From Dicyema japonicum (taxonomy: Eukaryota; Animalia; Dicyemida): 43,658 nt of DNA. Position 1 is the stretch's first letter; each line of letters starts with the position of its first letter. The notes below the pieces were generated by a model. It saw only the letters and a program-made list of their open reading frames with translations. It ran no database searches and was not told the DNA's origin. The DNA lies in NCBI GenBank assembly GCA_011109175.1, contig RDEW01000128.1:10032-53689 (forward strand), in the 5' to 3' direction. The position numbers were made by a program, and so were the translations under genes. Below, piece after piece: positions 24,497-36,990 of the stretch.

Positions 24497-27446
24497 TGTA
24501 GCTTTAAAATTGTTGTGGTGGTGTGGTGTAATTGAGAAAAAGTAACCAGAAGCGATATGCACAAGATCGACAAAAGAGAAGAGCTTTGTGAATTTTGCAA
24601 TAAAATTAACAAAAGAAAGCGGCTGATATGTTGTGTCGTTTGTTCGTCGGTTTTTCACATGTCATGTGTTGGAATGACCAAAAAAGCCCTTACCACCATT
24701 ACCAACTGGTGTTGCCAGGCATGCCTCCTTCCTGGGACGAAAGCACCATCGACTCCACCTAATTACCAATAGATTACCAGAAAACCCTTGAATCAATTGC
24801 AAACCTGGCATCTACACGAAGGATCATGATCAAAATTCCAAAAGCTGCCCGTGTTCCTGCCGCCGACTGTTTACACGATTGTATTGAAAGGGCAATTTCT
24901 TCGACTGACCCAGTGATTAGACACGATTATTCTACTTTGCACCATACACGCTATGTATGCCCTGTCAGAAGAGGAAAGATCAGGAATCGCTCACGTCTAT
25001 TGTAAAGGAAAATATTTGCTTGTTTTCTTCTGGAAATTTGTTCAGTGACTCCCGAGAATATACCTTCAAGCCCTCAAACCACGAGAACCATGCCTCAGAA
25101 ACACAAAGATTGGAAGAGCGATACATCGCAAACTATCTGAAGGTGGAGTCCGGGCCGCCGTGAGGACTCTAGAAGAGCATAACCGTCTAATTGAGCCAAC
25201 TGAACACTCCTACGATGCACTGGTTGAACGACATCCTGGTCCGCCAGTGGACGAGCAGATCCCTACTTGCTCTGGAGAATTACCTAGTCTGATTATTTCT
25301 GAGGGGGACGTGAAAGATGCGATCCTCTCATTCGCCCCAGCAGCAGTGGGGACTCGACGGACTCCGTCCAGGACACCTAAAAGACTTAATTGATCAGAAT
25401 ACGGGGAACTCTGGTGTTCGGCTATTATCGGCTATAACGAGGTTAATCAACAGAATGCTTTCCGGAAGATTACCAGAAGCAATCCGTCATATTATGTTTT
25501 CCGCCAAGTTAATTGCCTTTGATAAATGTGGAGGAGGAATTCGTCCTATTGCTGTTGGGTTTGTTTTTCGTCGACTGGCTTCTAAACTTGCTAGCAGAGC
25601 AATCCTTCCGATGCTTGTCAAACAACTGCGACCAACCCAAGTAGGGGTCGGTACTCCTGGTGGATGTGAGGCGGCGGTTCATGCCGTTCGGATGTTTACT
25701 GGAAACAGAACGAACATGCCTTGTGTGGTCCTCAAGATTGACATAAAAAACGCCTTTAATACCATACGGCGCGATGTAATTTTGGAAGATTGTCTTACCC
25801 ATTACCCGTCTATATATAATTATGTTCATTGTTCGTATGGAAAACCGTCCAGTCTTGTACATGGGAAATACTTCATTCCCTCGTCGTGTGGGTTCAACAA
25901 GGAGACCCACTAGGACCGGCATTGTTCTGCCTCGGTGTCGACCGTGTCATGAGATGCCTTACTACTCCGCTGAACGTGTGGTATTTGGATGATTGCACCC
26001 TGGGAGGTCATCCTAACAATGTATATGACTGTCTACAGAGATTACTAACCAATTGGATACGCTTGGTTTAAAGCTAAACGCAGCAAATGCGAAATTGTTA
26101 ATTATGGATTCTCCCGATATGAATGGAATCGGATCCTATTAATGTTTCGGGGGATTATTCCTAAAATATCGGAAATCGAGCCGGATCATTTGGAAATACT
26201 TGGATGCCCTCTGGCTGAAACTGGAATTAACGACACTCTGTTGGCTAAAGAACAGCAACTAAGAAAAACTTTTTTACGCCTTGGGATGCTGGATGCACAT
26301 ACCTCTCTTTTTCTCATGAAAAACGCTTTATCCACGCAGAAATTAAATTACGTCCTTCGAGGGCTCCATGTTACCTGAAAATGCAACAACTCGGGGCGAT
26401 TGACTCCCTATTCCGGTCTACGACCGAACGTATTACTAATGTCGAATTCGACGAACAAGGATGGGAACAAGCAACCTTGCCCGTTCGCTTTGGTGGACTC
26501 GGAATTCTCTCACCATCTGATTTGCACACCCGGCATATCAATCCTCATTGGACTCCAATCAGAATTTGATCATGATGATTCTCCAGCTCCCATCAGAGTC
26601 GTCAAAGATCGAAGATTTGGTACACCCTAAAGTCAAACAACTCGGGCAGAGAGACCTTTATGAGTCTGTTTGCGAGGATAAATACGAGAGGCTTTTGAAA
26701 ATATCTAACCAACACCGACGAGCCTGTCTTTTAACTGCAAGATGCGAGTGGAGCGGGGCTTGGATCAATGCCCTACCATTGGAAACGTGGGAACTCACCT
26801 AGACGATGAAACGGTCCGCACCGGAGTCTCCATCAGACTTGGATTGAAAGTTTGTCAACCCCATGAGTGCCGATGCGGCCGGAAGGTCGACTGCTATGGA
26901 CATCATGCCCTTTCTTGTCGAAAAAGCGCAGGTCGATTCGCTAGACACAAGGCTATAAATGAAGTGGTGAAGCGCGCCCTCGAGTTGGCGGGATACCCAT
27001 CCATTCTAGAGCCAACGGGCTTGAGTAGGGATGATGGGAAGCGACCCGATGGAATTACTGTCTTCCCCTTCTCTCGGGGCAAATGCTTAATTTGGGATGC
27101 TGCCTGTACTGACAGCTTTTCCCAGTCGAAACTTTTGAGGTCGGCAATGAAAGCGGGAGAGGCCGCCCGTTTATATGAAAACTAAAAAATAAAAATACAG
27201 CAGCCTCCTAAACCGTTTCATGTACAGCCAGTGGTCGTCGAGACGAGCGGAGTCTTTGGCCCCAAGATGGTCTCTTTCCTTAGAGCACTTGGGTGTCTAT
27301 TGATCAAAGCCTCGAGGTAGCGTCGGGAAACCGAGTGGCTTTTCCAAAGGATATCCCTGGCAGTAGTCAGAGGTAACAGCCACTCGATCATATCCGCTGG
27401 ACTCAGTAATTAACTACTCATGTTTCCTAATTAATAAATTGTTTTC
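24497..27446 (+). mobile_element. CRE-like REL non-LTR retrotransposon with an N-terminal PHD finger (frameshifted)
   Basis: PHD pattern at 24557-24772; IPKAAR; GGIRPIAVG; DIKNAFNTI; QQGDPLGP; YLDD; CRC...HALSC, RH, RPDG, IWD endonuclease; candidate 10-bp TSD CAAAGCGAAA (24487-24496 and 27447-27456). Confidence 0.88.
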
Positions 27447-27671
27447 CAAAGCGAAAAAAAAACTCAAGTCCGTTATTTTGTTAGCGGACTTGACTTTTTT
27501 CCGTTTTGCGCTAAATTCGAAAATTTATAATGGAAAATTTAAGATAATTAGAAAAAGTCAAATGGAAAAAAGTCAAGTGTTTAAAAAATGTTAAAAATTA
27601 AAAGATGCTATTAATGCTATAAAAATACGATATAAACTAAAAAAGACGACTTGACTTTTTTTCCGCACTCC

Positions 27672-29658
27672 GGACTATTGACCTCGAGATTCGACGACAA
27701 TCGGACCGAGGTGGAAGACTATTGACCCTCGTCAGGAGAGGCATTATGTTCGATAAACACTCCTCCATATTCAGGAATCTGATAGAAGACGCAAACACAC
27801 AAGTTATTGGGATTTCAGTACAGACCTCTCTCGGAGCTATTATTATCGCCAACGTCTATGTTCCCCCTCCAGGTTCCTGTACAAAAGGATTTTTTTATGG
27901 ATTTGTCTGCCCTAGATATGATGGAAAACTTGTTGGTGTCCCGGAGATTTAATGCAAGCACCCTTCGTGCTATGAGAAACAACCTCCAGACACAAGGGGA
28001 TTTCATATTATTTCTCAATTAGAAAATCTGTGACGCGGTCAAAACACATCATTTTGTGACTATATTACTGCTGACTGGACAGGATTCAGAAGATACGTGG
28101 ATTCGGCCTTATTGAACTTTCATCCGAATAATTTCAACTCAATTGATAGAGCTATCACTTTACTAAGGTGATTCTGGAAAGAAGAAAACTATTTGTCAGA
28201 AAAAGAATCTTAAAACTCATTAAAAAAATATGATGCTAGCACAATCCAACTAATAAAAGAAAGGAATTGTCTCAAACGTAAAAAGCACCTAACAAACATG
28301 ATACTAACAGAATCCGTGCACTGAACATGAAGATCAACGAAAAAACAAAACTTCTCCAAAAACAAAACTGGGCTAAATTTCTAGAGCTATGAAAAAATAG
28401 TTTACTTACCAAGATGTGGAAAATGCTGCGAAATGTCAAAAACGCTGAAAACAAAATCGAAACCGTGAACAGAATTTGGATCAGAATAAATTTATCAAAC
28501 ATTGTGTGAGAATAAGCCACAAACCGTTCCAAAGGATGGATTCTCTCCACACAAAAAACCAAAACCGAGAAAGAAGCATCCAACAATGTACATTCTACCG
28601 GGAGATGTCGCTTTGGAGATTTATCGAACAAAAAAACACACATTCCTGTGGACCGGACGGAATCCGGGTTATTCTGTTGAAAAAGATGGCCACAGTGGGA
28701 GTATCAGCACTAACATGCATCTTATCACGCACAAAATATATTCGTCGAACATTGACGCAAACCTGAAATTATGGTTGAGAAATTTCTTGAGTGGTCTACT
28801 AGGACGAGTACACTATGGCAATCGATCTTCCGTATCAAGACTATTAGCAAATGGCGTTCCCCAGGGCTCCCCATTATCTCCCCTATTGTTTAACGTTATA
28901 ATGGATGACTTGCCACTCCCTCAGGGGGACGATGACTTATTATTAACGTATGCTGATGATATAGTCATTGCCTCGAGGGATGTGAGCATTGTGAAAGCAA
29001 CGATAAGAATGCAGGACAATCTGAATAAATTAGGTTTACGGCTTTGGGAAAATCAATTGACAGCTAGCCCGGAGAAGTCGGTGTTGACCCCATTCACGAC
29101 AAACGGAAGACTAGGGAAAGAAAGTATCAATTGACGTCACACTGGATGGGAAAAAATATCCCGGAAAACAAATCCCAGTTAATCCTGGGAGTTTCCTTTG
29201 ACACCTTCTTAACCTTTACAAAACATGTTGAAAATATGTTATTGACTTGTAAGAGGAAAATCAACTTCCTGAAGGCGTTCTTGGGAAACCTAAGAGAAAA
29301 AAAGATCTGAGTGGTCTGGAGGTCATATACAAACAGTTCATCGAAACTACAATAAGATACACATGTAATATCTGGGGATCTAACCTTTCTGCAGTAAATT
29401 TGGACAAGATATGCAACATTCAAGTGAAGGGAGCAAACCTATTAAGGAAATATTCCCGAGTGGAAATTCTGCCAAGAAACCTAGAAAATATGATAAAGGC
29501 GACTGGAACAGTACCACTGCAAAGGACTCGAGAATGCGGATCCCGTCCATATCGGAAATGCGCAGGAGCGTAGTTGGAACACCGAGAAAAGATACGGAGA
29601 CTGTTGAGGGAGGCTGGGATCACCTGAATTTTAGTTATTTTGGATATGACGGTGGTTT
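27672..29658 (+). mobile_element. 2A-family LINE with its 5' part missing and internal deletions; its tail lies at 32685-32717, beyond the RTE-3 insertion
   Basis: ANVYVPP, GPDG, NGVPQGSPLSP, YADD, SPEKS and the C-terminal EAGIT*. Confidence 0.85.
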
Positions 29659-32600
29659 GGTGGTGGTTGAGTTAGTGACGTGGCTCTTTAAATGCAGTCT
29701 GAAAAATACAAGATTCAATGGGATGGCCTCAACCTACTCTCGTTTAATGTCAGGGGGATCTCGAAGACATGGATGAGGAAAACACTGTGCGATGATTTAG
29801 ACAAGTACCGCGTCTCTATCGGATGTCTGCAAGAAACGAAGGTCTCTGATGGATGCTGTGAACACTATGGAACCTATAAACTTATTCTCTTCCCTAGTGA
29901 GTCTAAACATTACGGACAAGGTTTCGCAGTCCATGAACATCTTGTACCACGGATACATCAATTTTGGAAAGTCAACGACAGGATTAGTGTTCTGCAAATT
30001 AGGATGAATGACATGTGCCCTTCCAAAAGCTACATGACAGTCATTAACGTGTATGCTCCACATAGTGGCAGATTTTTGAAAAATCCTGAGGAACTGGATG
30101 ACTTCTACTGTCAACTATTGAGGACGTACTCGGAATACGAATCTTCGTCGTTGATATTTATTGCCGGGGACTTTAACGCTAAAGTTGGGATGCGACGCAG
30201 TGGAGAGGAATCGTTCATCGGCAGGCATGGACGGGGGTGGAGAAACACCCCGGAACACTACTGGCCAATTTCTGTCAAGCGAATGATCTTTTCATAGGAA
30301 ACACTGCCTTTATGCACCCAGCTCGCCACAGGAGCACATGGACTGGCCATAGAACGAACTCGGAAAACAAAAGTGTCAATATTTATAATCAAATTGATTA
30401 CATCATTTGTCGGACCAAGGACAAACACCTACTGAATGATGCCCGTTCTTATGGAGGGTCGATGATAAATAGTGACCATAAAATGGTTATTGGCAAGTTC
30501 TCCTTGAAGAAATACTACATTGGCAGGAAGAACCTGAGTCTAAGCAAAACGCTACCACCTTACCATACCCATGTATATATGACTGAGAAGCTCTGGTCTC
30601 AGCCGCTGCTGGTGACAAACTACCAAAAACATATAGAGAACCACCTATATACATTACCAGCTAATATGACTATACAAGACCTATGGGATCAGACCAAAAG
30701 CATTATTTGCCTTGCCGCAAACACCCACCTTGGAGTGAGACGGCAGACAACCGGAAATATGTCACTTGGCCATCCAGACTCCTTATTACTGGCAAAACAA
30801 CAACGAGAAATATGGATACAGAGTCTAAACACGACGGATATACATATCAAAAACAAACTACGAACTGAACGAAATATTATCAAGAGAAGAATCATGAAGC
30901 TTAATAATGAACACTCGAAGGATGTCTTCCTATCACATCTTAGAGAGCTGGAGCAACTAAAGGACAATGCACAAATGTTCGCTGCAGTCCGACTAATGCG
31001 AGGAAAGAAAAAAGCGACAGTACATGTTATGGATGGGAAGGGGAAACTTATCTTAAAACCAGACGAACAGATCGAATTGATTGCTGCCCATTTTGAAAAA
31101 CTGTTCAATGCGAACGGCCAAGAACTGGCCCCTTTCATCGGAGAACCGCGGATGCTGGAAACAATTATCACATCTAAGGAAGTTCAGAGTGCGTGCAGTA
31201 AGCTAAAGAATCACAGGAGCGCTGGACCAGACAACATCCCTCCCGAACTGCTGAAATATGGACCTATGCGTCTATTCGAAACCATTGCGACATTGTTAAA
31301 TGGAATGTTTACATCCAACTCTGTCCTACCACTGGGGAAAGGGACATTGATACCTATACAAAAGCCTAACAAACCAAAGGGACCACTAGAAAGCCTACGC
31401 CCAGTCATATTGTTAAACACATTACGAAAAGTTCTTGCATCTGTTGCTTTGGACCGCTTAAAACATCCTGCAGGAAATTACCTATCAGCATGCCATAGTG
31501 GATTTCGTGAAGGAAGGTCGACAGCGGACATTCTGTGGAGCCACAGGTGGCGGTGTGCAACGGCTCAAAGATACAAAAATGCCACGACCATCCTGGGGAT
31601 CGATATGTCAAGAGCTTTCGACACCATTAGCCGACACAAGCTAATGGTTGTCCTTCATCAATTTGTGGACCAATCATTGCTACGGATAATCAGAGTACTT
31701 CTCTCAAGTACTGAACTGTCAGTCCGAATTGGGAGAACTCTATCCCGACCATTCAAAACTACAATCGGCACTCCTCAGGGAGACTCCCTCTCCCCCTTAC
31801 TATTTGTGATATATCTCGAAGCTGCACTAAAGGATCTAAGAACTTGCTATGAAGGAAAAATAAACGAAGTCGTATACGCGGATGATGTGGATTTTATATC
31901 CGAGGATACAGAAGCTCTCACACATCTGCTGGAAAATGCACCGGACAAACTGGGGGAATGGTTCCTCATCGTTAACCGGGCCAAAACGGAAATCACGGAA
32001 ATCAAAAGAATGGACAACATCCTTAATGAACGTTGGCGACATGTTAATAAGCTTGGATCCCTACTGGGGACACAGAAGACATCATCAAAAGGAAAACACT
32101 TGCAGGAGTAGCAATGCGAAAACTCAAAAAGGGATGGCTGAAAGGACTAGATGTCAATCTGCGGATACGCATGTACAATGCATTTGTGAAACCGATACTG
32201 ACATACAATGCTGGTACTTGGGCCTGTACAGGTGCGGAATCAATGGCTCTCGATGGGTTCCACAGAAAACAGCTTAGAGTATTATTTGGCATGCAGTGGC
32301 CAGCCAGAATCTCGAATACCGGTATTTACAAAAAATGCAAGAGTAGGCCTCTAAGCCTGGAAATCACTGACGCCCGGTGGAGACTGTTTGGTCACGTACT
32401 ACGCATGGATCTTGCTGCCCCGGCTAATGTGGCGATGGAGGACCATTTCATGTTCGAGGGCAAATGCTTCCGTGGCAGACCAAGGATGACCCTACTTATC
32501 ATGCTGCACAAAGACCTCCAAAGGATGAAGAAATGCCTAAAGACGGGAGACGATCTGGACATGCTGAGATCGACTGCGTGTAACCGTGGAGGATGGAAGA

Positions 32601-32684
32601 GGCTAACTAATAACATTGTTTCTTGTATTGCACATGCTTTGCTATAACTATTATGGCAAGGCGATAAGTGCTGTAATAATAATA
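29659..32684 (+). mobile_element. Full-length RTE LINE (copy RTE-3) with a 13-bp TSD
   Basis: TSD ATGACGGTGGTTT at 29646-29658 and 32685-32697; conserved 5' leader; GTGC plus a (TAA)n tail. Confidence 0.93.
29692..32647 (+). pseudogene. APE-RT ORF of RTE-3 broken by two 1-bp frameshifts (~30247 and ~32069)
   Basis: Three ORF pieces are colinear with the 980-aa RTE-1 protein. Both breaks lie in or beside short C or G runs, so they may be sequencing errors. Confidence 0.88.
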
Positions 32685-32740
32685 ATGACGGTGGTTTTTT
32701 GGATCAATAAAATAAAAGCAGTGAAATTAAAACCCGGAAG

Positions 32741-33335
32741 ATTATTATTATTAAAAACCAAAAATCACCGACAAATTAAATAACTACATAGCCGTCAGGT
32801 GATTCCGGCCGCCTCGAGTAGCCATCTCATTCTTGCTCGATGTTCTTCCTGGGTTCCAACGCATTTCCGGATTGGGCGGGGGTTTCTAACTTTTTTGGAG
32901 GCAGTAAGGCTCCAGTTTTCCTCAATAATTTCCACAAAAAATGTAGGGTTTAGAGATATCCAAGATAACCTTTGCAAAGCCTTACTGGCCATTTTTTGGA
33001 AGGTATTGATTTTTTCTATATTCCTGTTTGATAGGTTGGTTCCCTATGCAGCACACCCGTAAGTTAGAGACGGTTGAATATACTGAACGCAGAGCGATTC
33101 CAAATTTGAGTTGAAACATCCATTATATTGTTCAAGGAGTGTTTTAACAAAATTTAGCTTTCGTTGTGCCGATGAGATGACGTTGTCGATGTGTTTGCTG
33201 AAGGTCAAGTTACGCCCAGTATCTTGACCGAGTTGGTCGTGGGGATTGAGTTTCTATTTATGGTTACACATGGAGCGGAGTTTGTCAATCTTCTGTTTGT
33301 TGTGAAAATTGTTGTATAAGACTTTTCGGGACTCC
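32741..33335 (-). mobile_element. 3' fragment of the 2A-family LINE
   Basis: SPEKS and RPIRKCVGTQEEHRARM...AAGIT*, then CGGTGATTTTTGG plus (TAA)4. Confidence 0.85.
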
Positions 33336-34002
33336 ATTTGGAAGGAACTTGGTCACTGATCTAGTTTTTCCAGCAGTTACTCTTTTTCTTCTTCCATTTA
33401 GGAAATTAGTGATCCAGATTTTCAGGTTGTTTGGAATTTTTGACGTAAAGATTTTCTTGTCAAAGATTAAAATTTATTTTTTTTAAATGACATTTATTCT
33501 TTAAAAAAACAAATTTAGAATAATATTATTATAATTTAAATTTGAAGGAATAAAATATTTATTATTTAAAAAAAATTATCCTAGTAGGTTAAGAAGTGTG
33601 ACTGAAATGCAACAAATAGAAATAAAAGGGCTTAGTCTTTCACCTACAATAATTATTATGGAAACACCTATTCTTGATATTTTCCATAATTGTTTGCGAA
33701 ATCTATAATTATCAAACAACAAACCCTGGTTTACTTCTGTCAAAGAATGAAGGGATATAACCCTTTAAGTAGGTGGACGTGCATATTATCAACAACGATA
33801 GTTGTGCAAATATGTTAAAATTAAACAAGAAAAACTATCAGTCTCAACACACATGAACCATATACGTATTATAATAAATTTATTTAAATATTTTTTTAAT
33901 AATTTTTTTTATTTTTTTATTAAAGAAAAAAAAGTAAATAATTATAAATAAAAAAGACTTATTTTATTTAACCAACAATAAAAAGTTCATATTTAATAAT
34001 CA

Positions 34003-34210
34003 TGGTCGCCCAAGGACGACACTGGCAGTCGTTCTCGACGAGGACCTCAAAGAAATGGGACGGCATCTTGCAAGTGGAGAGGATCTGGACTGGTTGCGCG
34101 CTGCGGCTTTGAATAGGAGGAAGTGGATGAAACTAACCAGTGATTTGCTAACTCGTGTTGCACATGCTTTGTCAAGTCCTATGACATAGCGATAAGTGCT
34201 TATAATAATA
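34003..34210 (+). mobile_element. Heavily 5'-truncated RTE insertion with a 12-bp TSD
   Basis: GRPRTTL...DLDWLR; GATAAGTGC plus a TAA tail; TSD ATTTAATAATCA (33991-34002 and 34211-34222). Confidence 0.88.
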
Positions 34211-34224
34211 ATTTAATAATCAAC

Positions 34225-34860
34225 AATTTTAATAATCTGCCTATTCGCCAGTCACCTCAGGCAGGTTCGATTAGGTTGCTGAAACAACTCCGAGAGCGCC
34301 TAGTTTAATTGAAACCTCTGGCTATTTGGTATCTCGGGGCTCTGCTTCCTATACTCCAGTGTCAAGCTCTCTAGGGTCCGCTTTAATACAGTGGACTGTA
34401 GATTGGCCTGGAGATCTTATCTACCCCTATCTGTTACAAATAACCCTTGTGGTATTTTGATGCAATATCTTCCCACTTCATTACTATTGGAATAACGAAG
34501 ACCTTGCAACCAAACATCTGCCCCATCTCGTTTGCAAACAAATCATACTTCCTTTTTTTCTCCATCTCAACAATTTGCGAACGGTTTTGAGACGTAATGC
34601 CAACCTCTATGATAAGGACTTGCTCAGACTCCTTATTGTGTACCACAATGTCCGGTTTATTGTGCTTGACTAGCACCAAGGTACGGATAACACTGTCTAC
34701 CATGATTTGGACCCTGTTGTTCTCTACTACAGATTGCACCTTATGAGTCCGCAACTGTCTGGTGTGGTAACATCCAGATACTTATATGTTTGATGTTTCG
34801 GTAACATCCAGATACTTATATCATTCGTGTTCGTCTAGGACTCTTAGTAACTCGGTACAT
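34225..34860 (-). pseudogene. R4/Dong-like REL endonuclease fragment
   Basis: HNKPDIVV, IIEVGITSQ, EKKRKY and IPIVM-W. Confidence 0.82.
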
Positions 34861-35022
34861 ACTAGCGTGTTAGTCGCAGTCTTAGAATAATTCAAACAGT
34901 CTTATACTCTCAGAGAATATAATTTTAAATAATAATATTACATCCAAAAGTTGAAGACATCATCATGACCATTTTTTGAAACTTCTAAGTCGTCAACCTT
35001 ATTCACATATTCTATGTTGGTA

Positions 35023-36990
35023 AAAAATGTCATGTGGCTCGCAGACGACGTCGTGGCATTTGGAAGAAAAGAACCACACTTTCCCCTATCTTCACGGGTG
35101 GTTCAATAAGGAAGGCCTGCGCCGCTGCAGAGACGTTGAGACAAACCCTGGACCAGCCAGAATAGTCCAACTCAACATAAATGGAATCAAGAACAAGATA
35201 CTCGAACTTCGGACATTTGTGAAAGAAAATCACATCGATCTGTTGCTAATTCAAGAGTCTAAACTTTCTCCAATGAATTCAACACCAGTATTTCCGAAAT
35301 TCACAGTAATTCGCCGTTATAGAATTGGCAAACTTTGTGGGGGCCTTCTCACAGTTATTCACAACGGCATTCCGTTAGAGGATTTAACTAACAGTGTCTA
35401 CAGTATGCTTAAAAGATATGGAAATCTCGAACTGTTGGTTTCCAAATTACGATTCAAATTACGTTCCCAAGACTATCAATAATACTTGTCAACGCATATC
35501 TCCCACCGTTGAGTTCCTGCTCGTCCAGTGCTCCAGACTCACTCCTCTCGCATCACTGAAGGATACGATTATCTGTGGTGACTTCAATGCTAAGCACCTA
35601 CTGTGGCTGACAAGACAAACCTATGACAAAAGGGGGAAGATGATAATTGAGGACCTCCACAGCCTATGTATACTCAACGATCCTGCATCCATACAAGAAC
35701 ACCTACTCGACGTAGTGATAAAGCTTCTTCTATCGACATCTCACTGTCATCACCGTCCTTGGTCCTTCTTATTGACTGGTCAGTGAAATATGACACCAGG
35801 AGTGACCACAATCCAATATTTTTGGAAGTCAAAACGAGGTCACGGATAAAAGGACAATATCCAACGATAACTAATTACAGCCTTGCGACTTGGAGAGGAT
35901 TCAAGGATTACTTCGATAATTGCATTTAACTATTAAATTTCCCACTCCTCCCTCCGTCGAACAATTAGTGAAATGGTTCAACTCCACCATAAACGCTGCG
36001 AAAAAGAAGTGGGGAGGCAACCTACGTCATCAAAACGTTTCAACACAACGACGAAACATCTGATCGGAGAACGAAATAATCTAAAGATGATAAAATCACC
36101 AACAGAAAAGAACATCAGAAAAATACGAGAATTGAACAGAGAGGTCGACAATAACACAAAGGCAGAAAATGCAACAAAAGACAGCTCTGTATCGAACCAA
36201 AAATCTTTATGAAGAGCGAAGCTATTCCTTTTTTACAAAACACCGATGATTCTGGAAGTAACCTTTGATCAAATACTCACCTTTATCCGACATGTTGAAA
36301 ACAAAGTAACTTCTAAGAAAATGAGAATTTTAAAAGTGTTCTCAAAACACTTAGAGACCAAACTGGTGACCTTGCCACGATTTATGAACAATTTATCCGA
36401 CCAGCTTGTCAAGCATTTGTTGAGCGGACTGAGTCGCTGATTGAATGCTTCTGTCCTTGGAGGTCAAGAATGATATCGTCGGCATAGGAGAGGATTGAAC
36501 AGTTTTCATTACAGGTTTGTAGCATGTCGTTTATGTAGAGATTGAAGAGTTGGGGTTATAGTGGGGAGCCTTGAGGGACTCCATTTGGGAAATAGCGAGA
36601 TCTCGATTTGATGTTGTTGCGTATGCAAGTCCTTCATGGACAATGCAGATTTCACGATCCTCTTCTTTGAAACTATCCGCAATTGAGGAGACTGCAATAA
36701 GGTTATTTGGACCAAAACACAATATCTAACTCATTGAAAACTTTTTAATCGAATTACAACGGAAACTCTTAAAGAGGCCAGTTTACGAGCTGCCCTCTAT
36801 TCCATGCACTATCCGAAATATCTAAAATCATACAGAAATCTTGAGCCGATACCATGTCCAATGAGAAGAGCTGTTTCAGGATTCTCAGCCGGACTCGTCC
36901 TCTCCTTTGTGGTCTGGGATCATTTAGTTAAATGAGAACTTTTATTTCTTTCTCTTTGACCCTGTGATCCTGGGGGTATTAATAATAATA
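35023..36990 (+). mobile_element. End-to-end 2A-family LINE lacking the RT core
   Basis: 9-bp TSD ATGTTGGTA (35014-35022 and 36991-36999); 2A motif then APE (NING, IQESKL, GDFNAKH, IDI, SDH); the sequence jumps at ~36200 to post-RT sequence; (TAA)n tail. Confidence 0.88.
35096..35155 (+). other. 2A-like StopGo ribosome-skipping peptide (GWFNKEGLRRCRDVETNPG|P)
   Basis: Exact match to D(V/I)ExNPGP immediately before the APE domain. Confidence 0.85.

Larger units (their letters stand above)
23390..27671 (-). mobile_element. MULE (Mutator) transposon remnant carrying nested insertions
   Basis: The transposase runs from the ATG at ~24333 (MEIISTNKGGKK; HNHE; ILIFST; WYMDGNF; IMADFE). AAAAAGTCAAGTC subterminal repeats lie at 24410-24490 and 27450-27660, with a candidate terminus GGAGTGCGG at 27671. 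Confidence 0.75.

Noticed and set aside
24410-27660. AAAAAGTCAAGTC repeats as a CRISPR-like array
   Set aside because: They have irregular spacing and both orientations, in a eukaryotic context; MULE subterminal repeats explain them.
30689-32616. Antisense and alternate-frame ORFs within RTE elements
   Set aside because: They are shadows of the real ORF with no motifs of their own.
35030-35110. HDV-like ribozyme at the 5' end of the 2A-LINE, as in L1Tc
   Set aside because: A possible GTGGCTC/GAACCAC pairing exists, but no P3/L3/P1.1 nested pseudoknot could be built by eye.
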